From: a virus
Length of the DNA: 64,000 bases
IMG/VR virus record: IMGVR_UViG_3300046472_000374
Strand: one strand, 5' to 3'
Shown: positions 16,831 to 26,304 of the stretch, piece after piece
Numbering within the stretch: position 1 is the first letter of the stretch
How the letters are laid out: every line of letters begins with the position of its first letter
Program-made: the position numbers and the translations under genes
Notes under the pieces: generated by a model
Seen by the model: the letters and a program-made list of their open reading frames with translations, nothing else
Database searches by the model: none
Told to the model about the DNA's origin: nothing

Positions 16831-19356
16831 TTATTCGAGCGTAGACTTTCTGATGTTGAGCAACTTGAAGGAGAGAGCCGAGCTCATCTTCGCCGCTCCT
16901 CCCAGTCGGGTCACGGTGTCCTTCAGGGTGTGGGCCTGCGGGATGGCCGGACGGGGGTTGATGATCGAGGAAATGATTGACTTCGTTGGCAAATCCTGGG
17001 TATTGAAGAACTGGAAGGCCGGCGCGATACCCGATCCAGACGAGATCGGGATGAAAGGCGTCCCGGTGTCATTGTTCAGGTAGCTGTAGATCGCGTGGGC
17101 CGTTCCAGAACCCGGGCCGAGAGAAGCCGAGGCGAAGAGCATGTCGGCCAGGGCGCCCGTCAACCGGGTGAAGACCGCGAAGTTCGGGTCCGAACCGGTG
17201 TTGTCCGTGATCCCGATCGACCGTCCGTACTCCGGATCCTGCTGGACGAAGATGTAGTTGATGCCGATGTCCCACTGGGCGGAACCAGACATGATCTGGA
17301 CGCGCCTGTTCCCGTCCCGCTGGGGGACATAGGACGGCTTCTTGTACTTCCGGGTCCGGCTGTGGATGAAGCTGACCGGCGGCTGTCCCTGGTCGATGAT
17401 GAACTCCAGGCGGAACTGCCGGAACCAGATGCCGGCCCGCTGGTTGGCGATCATGCCCAGGCCCGGGTCGAAGTCTGCCGACATGCCGATCATCAGCTGC
17501 CACTTGCCGTTGATCTCCGTACCGCGCAGACCGGGACGGAATCCGACGATCTTGGCGTGCTGGGGCGGCAGCGTCGGGAAGATCGGCTGGGGGAACTGGG
17601 TGAAGCCACCGACCGTGGCCGCCTTGATTCCGCCGTAGGGCTCGTCGTACATCTTCTGAACATACAGGTCGTCCAGGACGTTGTACACGGGCCGGATGTT
17701 GGCCGGGCCGAGGTTCGAACCAGTGGTCGTCGGGAACTCTCCCGGACCGGGCTGCAGGTTTCCGGAGGTCAGCCATCCCAGCGGCGGAGGTCCGGCGAGC
17801 CAGGCATTCGTTCCACGGCCGGAGGACAGCGATCCCAACGGGATGCGACCGTCATAGAACCACGGGAAACCGAAACCTCCGGGGGTCGGATTGTAGTCGC
17901 TATAGGTCGAACCCAGACCGATGGGTCCGAGGGCGGCGGTCGCCTGGGCCAGAGCCTGTGAGTTCGGGGAGTTGTACCACAGCGATCTCGCGGCAGTCGA
18001 TCCCGAGTACGGGAAGGCCGAGGCACTCAGGGTGTAACCATAGAGGTTCCCGCCCGTGTTGGCGTTGAACGGTCCGGGGTTCGGGAACAGCGGGCTTAGG
18101 TCGCGCGGGTTCGGGATCGGCGAACCGTCCCAGAAGACCGTACGCATGTCGATGTCGCTGTCCCACTCTGCGTACATGGGATTGAACCCGTTCGGATAGC
18201 CACCGCCGGGAAGATTCAGCAGGTAGAGGGTTCCTGAGTTGACGTCTCCGTAGGGGACGAGATCTGTCGACTGCGGCGGGGACAGAGGAAGCGATCCGGC
18301 AGGACCTCCCGCCTGGTTCGACAGGGACATCGCCAGGTCGTCTTCGACAGAGTGTCCCGCCCACAGGAGGTACGAGTTCTTCAGGAGCTCGGGCACCCGC
18401 TGGTACTTGTCTCCGAAGACGTTGACTCCGATCGTGCCGGTGGTGTACCACTGTGGGTGGTTGCCGTCGATCCCGGACTGGAGCTCCGGCGGACGCTTCT
18501 GGAAGTTCGCCACGTTGGGAGAGTTCCAGAGGGGGTGGGCATAGGGGAAGGTCACGTTGGGGGATCGGAGCGCAACCTGGATGCCGCCGAGGCCACCCCT
18601 GTAGTAGGCGGAGGACGTCACGGCCACGCCGCCGAAGGCAGAGCCGGTGAGGCTGCCGGTGCCGTTCGCACCGCGGACGTCATGGACGAATTCCACCCAG
18701 ACGCGGATGTCTCGGATCTTGCCACGGTCCGGGATGTCGATCGTGAAGATCGCCGGGTTCCAGTAGCTGTTGTTTCGGTAGCTTCCTGAGACGGGATCGA
18801 AGACGCCGCGGGGTGCTCCGATCTCCTGTTGGCTCGGGTAGCGCTCGAGGACGACCGGGTCGACCGGAAGGTCGATCGATGCCGAGAGCTTGTAGACCTT
18901 GTAGACCAGCTGCTGCTGCTTCGAGTAGTAGGCCGAAGCGGAGGCCGGCACAGGTCCGGTCTCCAACGGGAGGTTTCCCGACAGGAAGTTGTTGAGCCGG
19001 CTGACCTCTGAGTGGGAAGAGCTGAGGGCGGCGATATGGAACGCGTGCTTCTTCCCGATGTGGTACTGGGTCCAGCTCGGGGGAGTGGCGATCTCGTGCT
19101 CGTAGACGGTCGGGTCGGGGATCCTGCCCCAGGTGCCCGAAAGCGTCTTGTTGGGACCTTCTCCGGTCTCGAACTTGAAGGCGGCTCCGACCAGGTCCCG
19201 ATTGTAGAGGGAGATCTGGCGGCCACGGCGGATGTTCAGGCTGCCCGTGATCACGCCGAGCTTTCCCGTCTTGTAGGTCGTAGACTGGGCGCCGTGGACG
19301 GGCGGGGGCGTGTAGAGTGCTCCGCTTAGATCAAAGAATCCGAAGATGCGAGACAT
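16831..19356 (-). CDS. Putative virion protein with proprotein-convertase P-domain-like fold
   Basis: FTIDIPDRGKIRDIRVWVEFVH...IQVALRSP ... GTEINGKWQLMI...FRLEF matches P-domain strands, interrupted by a long insert. Confidence 0.55.
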   Translation of the reverse strand: MSRIFGFFDLSGALYTPPPVHGAQSTTYKTGKLGVITGSLNIRRGRQISLYNRDLVGAAFKFETGEGPNKTLSGTWGRIPDPTVYEHEIATPPSWTQYHIGKKHAFHIAALSSSHSEVSRLNNFLSGNLPLETGPVPASASAYYSKQQQLVYKVYKLSASIDLPVDPVVLERYPSQQEIGAPRGVFDPVSGSYRNNSYWNPAIFTIDIPDRGKIRDIRVWVEFVHDVRGANGTGSLTGSAFGGVAVTSSAYYRGGLGGIQVALRSPNVTFPYAHPLWNSPNVANFQKRPPELQSGIDGNHPQWYTTGTIGVNVFGDKYQRVPELLKNSYLLWAGHSVEDDLAMSLSNQAGGPAGSLPLSPPQSTDLVPYGDVNSGTLYLLNLPGGGYPNGFNPMYAEWDSDIDMRTVFWDGSPIPNPRDLSPLFPNPGPFNANTGGNLYGYTLSASAFPYSGSTAARSLWYNSPNSQALAQATAALGPIGLGSTYSDYNPTPGGFGFPWFYDGRIPLGSLSSGRGTNAWLAGPPPLGWLTSGNLQPGPGEFPTTTGSNLGPANIRPVYNVLDDLYVQKMYDEPYGGIKAATVGGFTQFPQPIFPTLPPQHAKIVGFRPGLRGTEINGKWQLMIGMSADFDPGLGMIANQRAGIWFRQFRLEFIIDQGQPPVSFIHSRTRKYKKPSYVPQRDGNRRVQIMSGSAQWDIGINYIFVQQDPEYGRSIGITDNTGSDPNFAVFTRLTGALADMLFASASLGPGSGTAHAIYSYLNNDTGTPFIPISSGSGIAPAFQFFNTQDLPTKSIISSIINPRPAIPQAHTLKDTVTRLGGAAKMSSALSFKLLNIRKSTLE

Positions 19357-19361
19357 CGGTC

Positions 19362-19368
19362 TAAATAG
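19362..19368 (-). promoter_or_regulatory. Putative late-promoter motif CTATTTAG
   Basis: CTATTTAGACCG-ATG upstream of 19356. Confidence 0.55.
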
Positions 19369-19371
19369 GCC

Positions 19372-21123
19372 TCACCCGTTAGTCTGGAAGACCTGACTTC
19401 CAGCCAGGGCGTTCGGACGGGACCCGGTCGTCTCTCCGGAAGGCATCATGAAGACCCACGGGGACTGGCTGGTGTCGAGGTTCAGGTTGAAGATTCTGGC
19501 GCGGGCCGACGGCTGCTGCATGTGGGTGACCTCGTGCCACCCGCGATGCTCGTAGTCGAAGATCTCCGCCCCGCTCAGGTAGGTCTCGTCGTTGAACCCT
19601 CCGGCCACCAGGACCCGGCCTTCGGCGGCGTCGTGTCTCAGGGCGATCATGGAGAAGTGAGTGCGGGCCTTCCGCATCTGACCAGCCTGCGACCAAGAAC
19701 CAGACCCGTAGATGAGCGGCTGGGACCAGGTGAACGAACCGGTGATGTAACGTCCACCGTCCGAACCGGTGAAGCTTCCGAGATGGGTAGAGATCGATCC
19801 GCTCCAGCCGACGTCCGGTCCGACTCCCGGTCCGGGATTGAACACCTCGGCATCGGGAATGGCTGCTCGGGCGCCGTACTGCGATGCCACCTGCCACGGC
19901 AGACGTCCAGCGAGGTTCGACTCCGGCCCCCCATTACCTCCTGCCACCAGCACCTTCCCATCATCCAGAAGGATCGCACGGTGGCCAGAGCGTGCGAAGG
20001 ACATGGACGGCTCAACCACCCAGCTCCCGTTCGATCCGGGGAGCGAGATGTTGCTCGGGACGAACCGGAGGGCATGGGCATAGGGTTGCAGGGTGAGCGG
20101 ATCATGACCTCCGAGGAGGAGGACGGTCCCGTCGTTCAGCTTCGTGAGCGAGTAGCCTTCCCGGTTGAACGGGTAGAGCGGGATACCGGCCGAGCCGGTC
20201 CAGTATTCGACCCGCGGATTGGCGTAGACACCGCCGGTCCCCGACGGGATGAAGAGCTCCGAACCCGTGAACTGGCTCGTTCCGGAAAGAAGACCGCATC
20301 CACCGGGAGCGAAGATGCGTCCGTCGTTCAGGGCGATCATGCTGAACTCGTAGCGGGGGCAGAGGGCCGAGCTGAGGAACGGCGTCGGGAACCAGACGCT
20401 CGCCGTCTGGCTGTAGTGGAACGAGGCGGTCGAATCTGCCGCCGAGCTTCCCGATCCACCGAGGACGAGGACGTCTCCGTTCGGCAGGAGCGCCATCGCC
20501 CCGTAGGACTTCGGTCCCGGCATCGGAGGGATGTTGATCCAGAGGCTCGAACCCGTGTTGTAGATCTCAGAGCCCGATGACGGGGTACCCGTCGCGTCGA
20601 GACCGCCGGCCTTGAAGATGTAGTTGCTGCCCGTCAGCTGCAGGGCCATGTACCGGCTGACCGGGAACATGACATTCTGGAGCGGGGCATTGTTCCAGAA
20701 CCCGTCATCGATGGTGACGAACTGGAATCCGGGCGGGTACTGTCCCACTCCGGGGGTGATCGGGTTGCCGAAACGGTCCGACCCGTTGATCTCGAAGTGG
20801 CGGACGGCGGCCGGAACGGGCCGGAAGTTTGCACGACGGCGGCTCTGCACCACTCCGCTCTTGTCGCTGAACATGTCCACGTGACCCATCGCGCCGATGA
20901 CGGTGCTGACGTGGAAGACCTGCCCCTTGCCGTTCAGCTGCTGGGCGTTGGTCGACTTGCCACCCGGGACGTTGGCGAACCGGATGCCCGAACCGAACTG
21001 CTTCTTCCTCGGATCGTTGAACGACGGCAGCGCCACCGTCGGCGGACCCGGGTTGAACGGGGGCGGCGGGGCGCTTCCCGTCGGTACCGGGATCGGCCAG
21101 CTGTATGAGGTAGGAAGTCCCAT
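19372..21123 (-). CDS. Kelch-repeat (galactose-oxidase-type beta-propeller) protein
   Basis: Repeats MALLPNGDVLVLGG, LNDGRIFAPGG, LNDGTVLLLGG, LLDDGKVLVAGG, EGRVLVAGG with R..H motifs. Confidence 0.8.
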   Translation of the reverse strand: MGLPTSYSWPIPVPTGSAPPPPFNPGPPTVALPSFNDPRKKQFGSGIRFANVPGGKSTNAQQLNGKGQVFHVSTVIGAMGHVDMFSDKSGVVQSRRRANFRPVPAAVRHFEINGSDRFGNPITPGVGQYPPGFQFVTIDDGFWNNAPLQNVMFPVSRYMALQLTGSNYIFKAGGLDATGTPSSGSEIYNTGSSLWINIPPMPGPKSYGAMALLPNGDVLVLGGSGSSAADSTASFHYSQTASVWFPTPFLSSALCPRYEFSMIALNDGRIFAPGGCGLLSGTSQFTGSELFIPSGTGGVYANPRVEYWTGSAGIPLYPFNREGYSLTKLNDGTVLLLGGHDPLTLQPYAHALRFVPSNISLPGSNGSWVVEPSMSFARSGHRAILLDDGKVLVAGGNGGPESNLAGRLPWQVASQYGARAAIPDAEVFNPGPGVGPDVGWSGSISTHLGSFTGSDGGRYITGSFTWSQPLIYGSGSWSQAGQMRKARTHFSMIALRHDAAEGRVLVAGGFNDETYLSGAEIFDYEHRGWHEVTHMQQPSARARIFNLNLDTSQSPWVFMMPSGETTGSRPNALAGSQVFQTNG

Positions 21124-21132
21124 CGTCTATAA

Positions 21133-24100
21133 CTAGGTGTTCTCGCTGCCCGACGAGAAGGCGATCGGGGTCAAAGTAACCGAGGTCGGCCAACCACCAT
21201 CTCGCAGCAGGGTGAAGTGGAATCCACCGGAGATCGGGGTGATCGTGTTGTGGACGTTCGAGTACTGGGCGTTGAAGTTCACACTGTTGTACACGAGCTC
21301 CTGGACCGGCTGACCGACGAAGTTCGCCAGGATGGCCGCGTAGACGGGAGCGATGCCGTTGGCGTCGACCACGTCGAACGACAGGATCGTTCCGGAAGTG
21401 ATGGAGATTCCGACACCCGGGTTGAAGTTCTGGATGACCGGGGCGGGAGGAGTCGGAGGCCCGCCCCCTCCTCCGCCGCCGCCACCGGACCCCGAACCGA
21501 TGTTCCAGAGGTACTGAACGTTCTGCTGGCTATCGAGGAAGCCGGCTCCCTGAATCGCCTGCAGACGGAATGGGGTAACGAGATCGAACAGCTGCTCGGC
21601 ACCAAAGAACCCGGGAGCTCCTTCCTGGACGGGAGACAGGAGCGGCCACATCAGGTCGCCGATGTATCCTGGGCTCGGCAGGGTCCCGATGGATCCCGTG
21701 TAGAAATTGGAGGGGACATTCAGGCTCGGCCACATGAAGTCTTCGGCACCGCCACCGAAAGGGAACCCCTCGTTCAGAGCAAAGTTGGAGTAGAAATAAG
21801 ACTCGGTGGCACCGTTGCTGGGGATCAGACCCGTAGAGTAGTGGTTCGCCACCTGAGTTGGCGTCAGGGCGTACGGGTAGACAGCGACTTCATCGAAGGT
21901 TCCCGAGAACGGTCCGGTGGCATCGAATGCCTGCCAACCAGTCGGGATCTTCTGGATGTTGTTCGACAAGATGCTGACACCGTCTCGATAGATGATTCCC
22001 GTGCCCGTCTGGTTTCCGGCGTCCTGGAACGTGAAGCAGTAGTGGTGAGCCTTCGATGGCGTCGAAACAACCGGTTCGACGAAGTTGTTGATGACCATCG
22101 AGTTAGCAGCATCTGTTCCGACAGTCACCTGCCCATCCGCGCGAGTGATGTTGTAGAGGAACTGTCCCTGCGAAAAACCGAAACGGTATGACGGGAAGTT
22201 GACGCGATCCGGCACGACCAGCGGGATCACGTCTCGGCGAGCCCACCATTCAACAGAGAAGCTCGTGATGGCATTCGGAGCAGATCCCGACCCGATCCCG
22301 GCGGCGCACGGGGCCGCAAGTCCCGCTGGGTCACCGGTATGCGCGATGAATGGAGTCGGGGCGTCACTGGCAATGTTTGTCATCGCCAGGTTCGCCGGCT
22401 GTCCGAAGGCAGGAGGACGGATCAGTCCCGGCTGTTGCCAGAGCAAGTTCGGCATTCCGATGAAGACAGACCCGGTGAACCCGTGGTTCGACCAGTCGGC
22501 GACCGTAGAAGGTCCTCCGCTACCAGAGAACTGGGTGAAGTACGTCGCATTTCGGACGATGTTGGCGATGCGGACGTCATCGACCAGTCCATGAAGGTTG
22601 TCGCTCGGCGAACTCTGAACTGAGCTGATCGGGTTTCCGCCACCGACTCGGTACGGACCGTGTGCGCTGTAGTCGATGGCGCCACCGCCGGCGACGGTTC
22701 CTTGGGGAGCCGGTGCACCGTTCCCGTACAGGGTCAAGGTAGTGCCGTCATACGTCAGACCGATGTGGCACCACTGCCTGAGCGGGATGACGAAGTTCGA
22801 TTCGACGCCGTGAGACGTTCCGGCGACAGAGACTTGCCCGAAGAGTCGACCGGTCGCGTCGTTCAAAACCTGGAGGTTCCACGTCCAGAAAGGAGCCGCC
22901 CAGACAGAAGAGTCTGGCCGGTAGGCCTTTCCAAGGATCGAAGCGAAGTTTCCGAATCCTCCTCCGAAGTTGAAGCCGTAGTCAAAGAGATAGACCCAGC
23001 ATCCGGCGGTGATGTTGGCGTTCTCTGAGATGTTTGTCCCGGTCGGACCCGTGTCGAGATAGTACGGGGAGTTCTGAGGTCCAGGGAATGCGACCGCGCC
23101 ACTGAAGATTCCCAGGGTCGAAGTGACCGCCGTGACAGTCGGAGGAGGGTTCAGGGGGAGGCTGCTTCCGTTTCCCGTGCTCAGGTACGGAGCCGCTGCC
23201 TCGTCGAACCTCCAGTAGATGACGTCGTTCGCGTCGGTGGCGACGTAGTTCGGAAGGTGGTACGATCCCGAGCCGTCGTCCAGTCTCCAGAAGAGATTCG
23301 GTTGGTCCGCGATGACGAGCGCGTGATACGGGTCCGAGGCAGTCACGAAGGTCACTGCGGCCGATCCGGTCGCCGACTGGCCGTCCGGATTCACGATCGT
23401 CACGTCGGCCGGTCCCAGGGTTCCCGTCGGAGCGTAGAACAGCAGTTGGCTTCCGCTCGAACTCGGGATGGCGACCGAAGCAAACTGGCGCTTGCCCGAG
23501 TTGTTTCCGACGATGAGATTACGAGACGGGTTCTGGTCTACAGGGCCGTTGAACGGCTGACACTGCACCCCGCTGACATAGACCTTCGTGTTGGGCTGGA
23601 AGTTGCTGCCCGACAGCAGGACGTAGGACCCACCAGTATTGAAGATCTTGTTGCCCGTCCCGTAGACGGAGCCGCTGAAAGCCAGCGCTCCAGAGATCGA
23701 CGGAGCGGGAAGGGACGCGGTTCCCAGACCATAGAGGTAGTGCGCGTAGATCTCATCGTAGAACAACGCGTTGTTGTAGACCGCCACTTCGTCGTACTCA
23801 CCCGCCCAGGAACCAGAACCGACCGCGAAGCCGTTCGCGCCCCAGGCGACCGACGGCTGCATCTTCTTCCAAGCAATGATCTTGCCGTTCTTCGCGATGT
23901 ACCCGTAAGTGGAGTCATAGGTGAAGACATAGTGGGCCGCCTGTCCCAGCTGGAAGAACCCTTGCTGGAGATCACGTGCCGTGAACATGTCCTTGCTGTT
24001 GATGCCGCAGAAAGCCTCGCCAGAACCGGAGCACATGCCCGCAAAGAACTTGGTGAAGCCCGTTCCGATCGTGTTGTTGATGTCACTGCCCGTCGGGAAT

Positions 24101-25128
24101 GCCGACGGCTTCTGCCACCACTCGACGCTGAACTGACCGGCACCGAGGCCGGTGGAAGCCGGGGTGAGAATGTAGGGGGAGTTTCCGGCCAAGGTACCAC
24201 TGATGCCACCGTCGGTGTCCCTGCCGTCCACCAGGCTGGGCTGCTGGAACATCACCCCATTGGCTCCACCCACCAATGTACCGGGGAACCCGTTCGTCTG
24301 AGAGTGGTCCTTGATGTTGGGGCTCGAACCGGACGCGTCACCCAGACGATAGTAGACAGTCGGGTTGGAGAGCTGGATGACGCTTTCATATCTCCCGTAG
24401 ACCTGCGTTCCCGAGATCCCGACCTGGTAGTGGTTCTGGATCTGGGCGTCCGTCAGGACGGTCTTGTAGATGGAGAAGTTGTCGAACGTCGCGTTCCAGG
24501 CGTTGCTGTTGGTCGAATTGAGACCCATCCAGCCGTTGAAACCACCCGCCGGATAGGTTGACCACTGGGTCGGCGGGGACATCGTCTTCTCTGCGATCTT
24601 GACCCCGTTCCGGTACATACGAGCCATCGCGCCGTCGTATGTGAAGGACATGAGGTAGGTACCGCCGACACGGAACTGCGCGCAGTCAATAGGAGTGAAG
24701 CGTTCGCTGATCTGGATGCCGCAGTACATTCCCCCGTTCGCGTCATTGTGACAGGTGAAGTACCCCCAGTTGGCGAAACCGACGAAGTTGTTGAAGTTGG
24801 AAAAAGAGACCGGCTTGTACCACCATTCGACCGAGAACGTCGGGTTGGCCGGACTGATGTCGAACGAGCCCGTGAACTTGTCTCGAGGATTGAGGATGAG
24901 CGCGGGGGAGGTGGAGTTCGCGAAGAACGCTCCCGAAGGAACGCCCGTGTAGTACTCGTTCCACGTGAGAGACCCGGTCGTGCCAATGGCGGCAGTTCCA
25001 TACAGGGTCCCGGTCATCCCGTTGTTGGATGAGTCCGAGATGTGTGCCGGATCCACAAGACCGGTCTCGTCGAGCCTCCAGAAGAGGATCGGACCGTCGC
25101 CGAGTACTGTATCCTTGTAGGAGAGCAC
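21133..25128 (-). CDS. Multi-LamG + IPT/TIG domain putative tail/baseplate appendage protein
   Basis: Four LamG-type units (FWRLDE...DNFSIY; YYRLGD...DEVAVY; FWRLDD...DEVAVY; YWRFDE...DDVRI) and an IPT-like segment (LSGSNFQPNTKVYV...DVTIVNPDG); GTG start with AGGAGG SD. Confidence 0.75.
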   Translation of the reverse strand: MLSYKDTVLGDGPILFWRLDETGLVDPAHISDSSNNGMTGTLYGTAAIGTTGSLTWNEYYTGVPSGAFFANSTSPALILNPRDKFTGSFDISPANPTFSVEWWYKPVSFSNFNNFVGFANWGYFTCHNDANGGMYCGIQISERFTPIDCAQFRVGGTYLMSFTYDGAMARMYRNGVKIAEKTMSPPTQWSTYPAGGFNGWMGLNSTNSNAWNATFDNFSIYKTVLTDAQIQNHYQVGISGTQVYGRYESVIQLSNPTVYYRLGDASGSSPNIKDHSQTNGFPGTLVGGANGVMFQQPSLVDGRDTDGGISGTLAGNSPYILTPASTGLGAGQFSVEWWQKPSAFPTGSDINNTIGTGFTKFFAGMCSGSGEAFCGINSKDMFTARDLQQGFFQLGQAAHYVFTYDSTYGYIAKNGKIIAWKKMQPSVAWGANGFAVGSGSWAGEYDEVAVYNNALFYDEIYAHYLYGLGTASLPAPSISGALAFSGSVYGTGNKIFNTGGSYVLLSGSNFQPNTKVYVSGVQCQPFNGPVDQNPSRNLIVGNNSGKRQFASVAIPSSSGSQLLFYAPTGTLGPADVTIVNPDGQSATGSAAVTFVTASDPYHALVIADQPNLFWRLDDGSGSYHLPNYVATDANDVIYWRFDEAAAPYLSTGNGSSLPLNPPPTVTAVTSTLGIFSGAVAFPGPQNSPYYLDTGPTGTNISENANITAGCWVYLFDYGFNFGGGFGNFASILGKAYRPDSSVWAAPFWTWNLQVLNDATGRLFGQVSVAGTSHGVESNFVIPLRQWCHIGLTYDGTTLTLYGNGAPAPQGTVAGGGAIDYSAHGPYRVGGGNPISSVQSSPSDNLHGLVDDVRIANIVRNATYFTQFSGSGGPSTVADWSNHGFTGSVFIGMPNLLWQQPGLIRPPAFGQPANLAMTNIASDAPTPFIAHTGDPAGLAAPCAAGIGSGSAPNAITSFSVEWWARRDVIPLVVPDRVNFPSYRFGFSQGQFLYNITRADGQVTVGTDAANSMVINNFVEPVVSTPSKAHHYCFTFQDAGNQTGTGIIYRDGVSILSNNIQKIPTGWQAFDATGPFSGTFDEVAVYPYALTPTQVANHYSTGLIPSNGATESYFYSNFALNEGFPFGGGAEDFMWPSLNVPSNFYTGSIGTLPSPGYIGDLMWPLLSPVQEGAPGFFGAEQLFDLVTPFRLQAIQGAGFLDSQQNVQYLWNIGSGSGGGGGGGGGPPTPPAPVIQNFNPGVGISITSGTILSFDVVDANGIAPVYAAILANFVGQPVQELVYNSVNFNAQYSNVHNTITPISGGFHFTLLRDGGWPTSVTLTPIAFSSGSENT

Positions 25129-25143
25129 CTACGCCTCCTTTCC

Positions 25144-26295
25144 TTAGATCACCGGGACCGATGATCCGTCCCAGGGAAGACTGACGAGCGCCGCGATGAT
25201 CCTGTCACGGGAAAATCCCGGCTGAGAGATGCTCAGGGTGTCGCTGGTCTGTCTGGTGGTAGAGTTCCAACGGACGAGAGAGCTGATCCCCTTGTACCCG
25301 GTCAGACCGCCATCGCTGGCGTTTCTGGTGTACACGACAGGAATGAGGTCATCGGCGAAGGTTATGTGGTTCCCTCCCATGGAACCAGGCAGAGCCGCCG
25401 TCTCGACAGTCCATGGGATGAGCGCCTGAAGTCTGGTGAACGCCTGATTGGTCTGTCCCTTTCGCATCCAGCCACTGGGATTGTTCGAGCTGTTGTTACT
25501 GGCGGCGGACCAGTTGTTGTTTCCGTTGTTGAAACACCAAGCTCCGCCGCTGTTTTCTTGGTACGTGATGAACGGGTCCAGGTCCTGCGGCGCGGCGGTG
25601 CCGACCTCCATCGCGTCGAACATGAACGCGAAGTTGATCGGAAAACCGGTGAAGTTCATGCCCGTGGTGTTGCCACCCTGGTTCGCTCCGAACATGAGCC
25701 ACGAGAACGGAGAATCCGGGATGCTTCCCGACGGTCCCGTCCCGTCGTCCGCCATACAGTGGCAGCGGACCGCCCCTTCCCAGGCTCCACCGTTGTTGAA
25801 GCAGTTCGCGAACGTCGGGACCGTGTCTGTACCACCGCCGAAGAGGATCACCTCATCGTTGACGGCGGGGTTGATCGAAGGAGTGGCGGTCACGGAACCC
25901 GTCGAACCGGGAACCGGGTAGTACCCACCGCTCAAGGAGTACTTGACACGCCACTGCGTACGGGTGCTCACGTTGCTCTGCTGGAACGTAAACTGACGGG
26001 TGCCACCGTAAGGAAGACCGCGACTCAGGCTGCTCGTCGGTTGCTGCATGAGGATCCAGGCGTCGGGATTGTTGGCGCTTCCGACTACACCGGCGGTAGA
26101 GTTCGGGATTCCGGCCGAGCTCGTGGAGAACCCGAGGAAACCCTGGCCAGGAGACCCGTGGGTCGTCCCGCCGCCGACAGCACCGTCAGACCAGGACAGG
26201 ACCGTCCAGCCCGCGGAGACCATGACCTGCCAGAGCTGCATCATGCATCCGACCCAGTTGGCCGGAGTTTGATTTAGATTGAAGAAGAACGCCAT
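25144..26295 (-). CDS. Putative virion appendage protein, paralog 3 of 3
   Basis: Shares AGW....WSDG, QWRVKYS, DDLxP, GYKG and RDR...PWDG with the two upstream genes. Confidence 0.6.
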   Translation of the reverse strand: MAFFFNLNQTPANWVGCMMQLWQVMVSAGWTVLSWSDGAVGGGTTHGSPGQGFLGFSTSSAGIPNSTAGVVGSANNPDAWILMQQPTSSLSRGLPYGGTRQFTFQQSNVSTRTQWRVKYSLSGGYYPVPGSTGSVTATPSINPAVNDEVILFGGGTDTVPTFANCFNNGGAWEGAVRCHCMADDGTGPSGSIPDSPFSWLMFGANQGGNTTGMNFTGFPINFAFMFDAMEVGTAAPQDLDPFITYQENSGGAWCFNNGNNNWSAASNNSSNNPSGWMRKGQTNQAFTRLQALIPWTVETAALPGSMGGNHITFADDLIPVVYTRNASDGGLTGYKGISSLVRWNSTTRQTSDTLSISQPGFSRDRIIAALVSLPWDGSSVPVI

Positions 26296-26304
26296 CTCTA
26301 TCTC

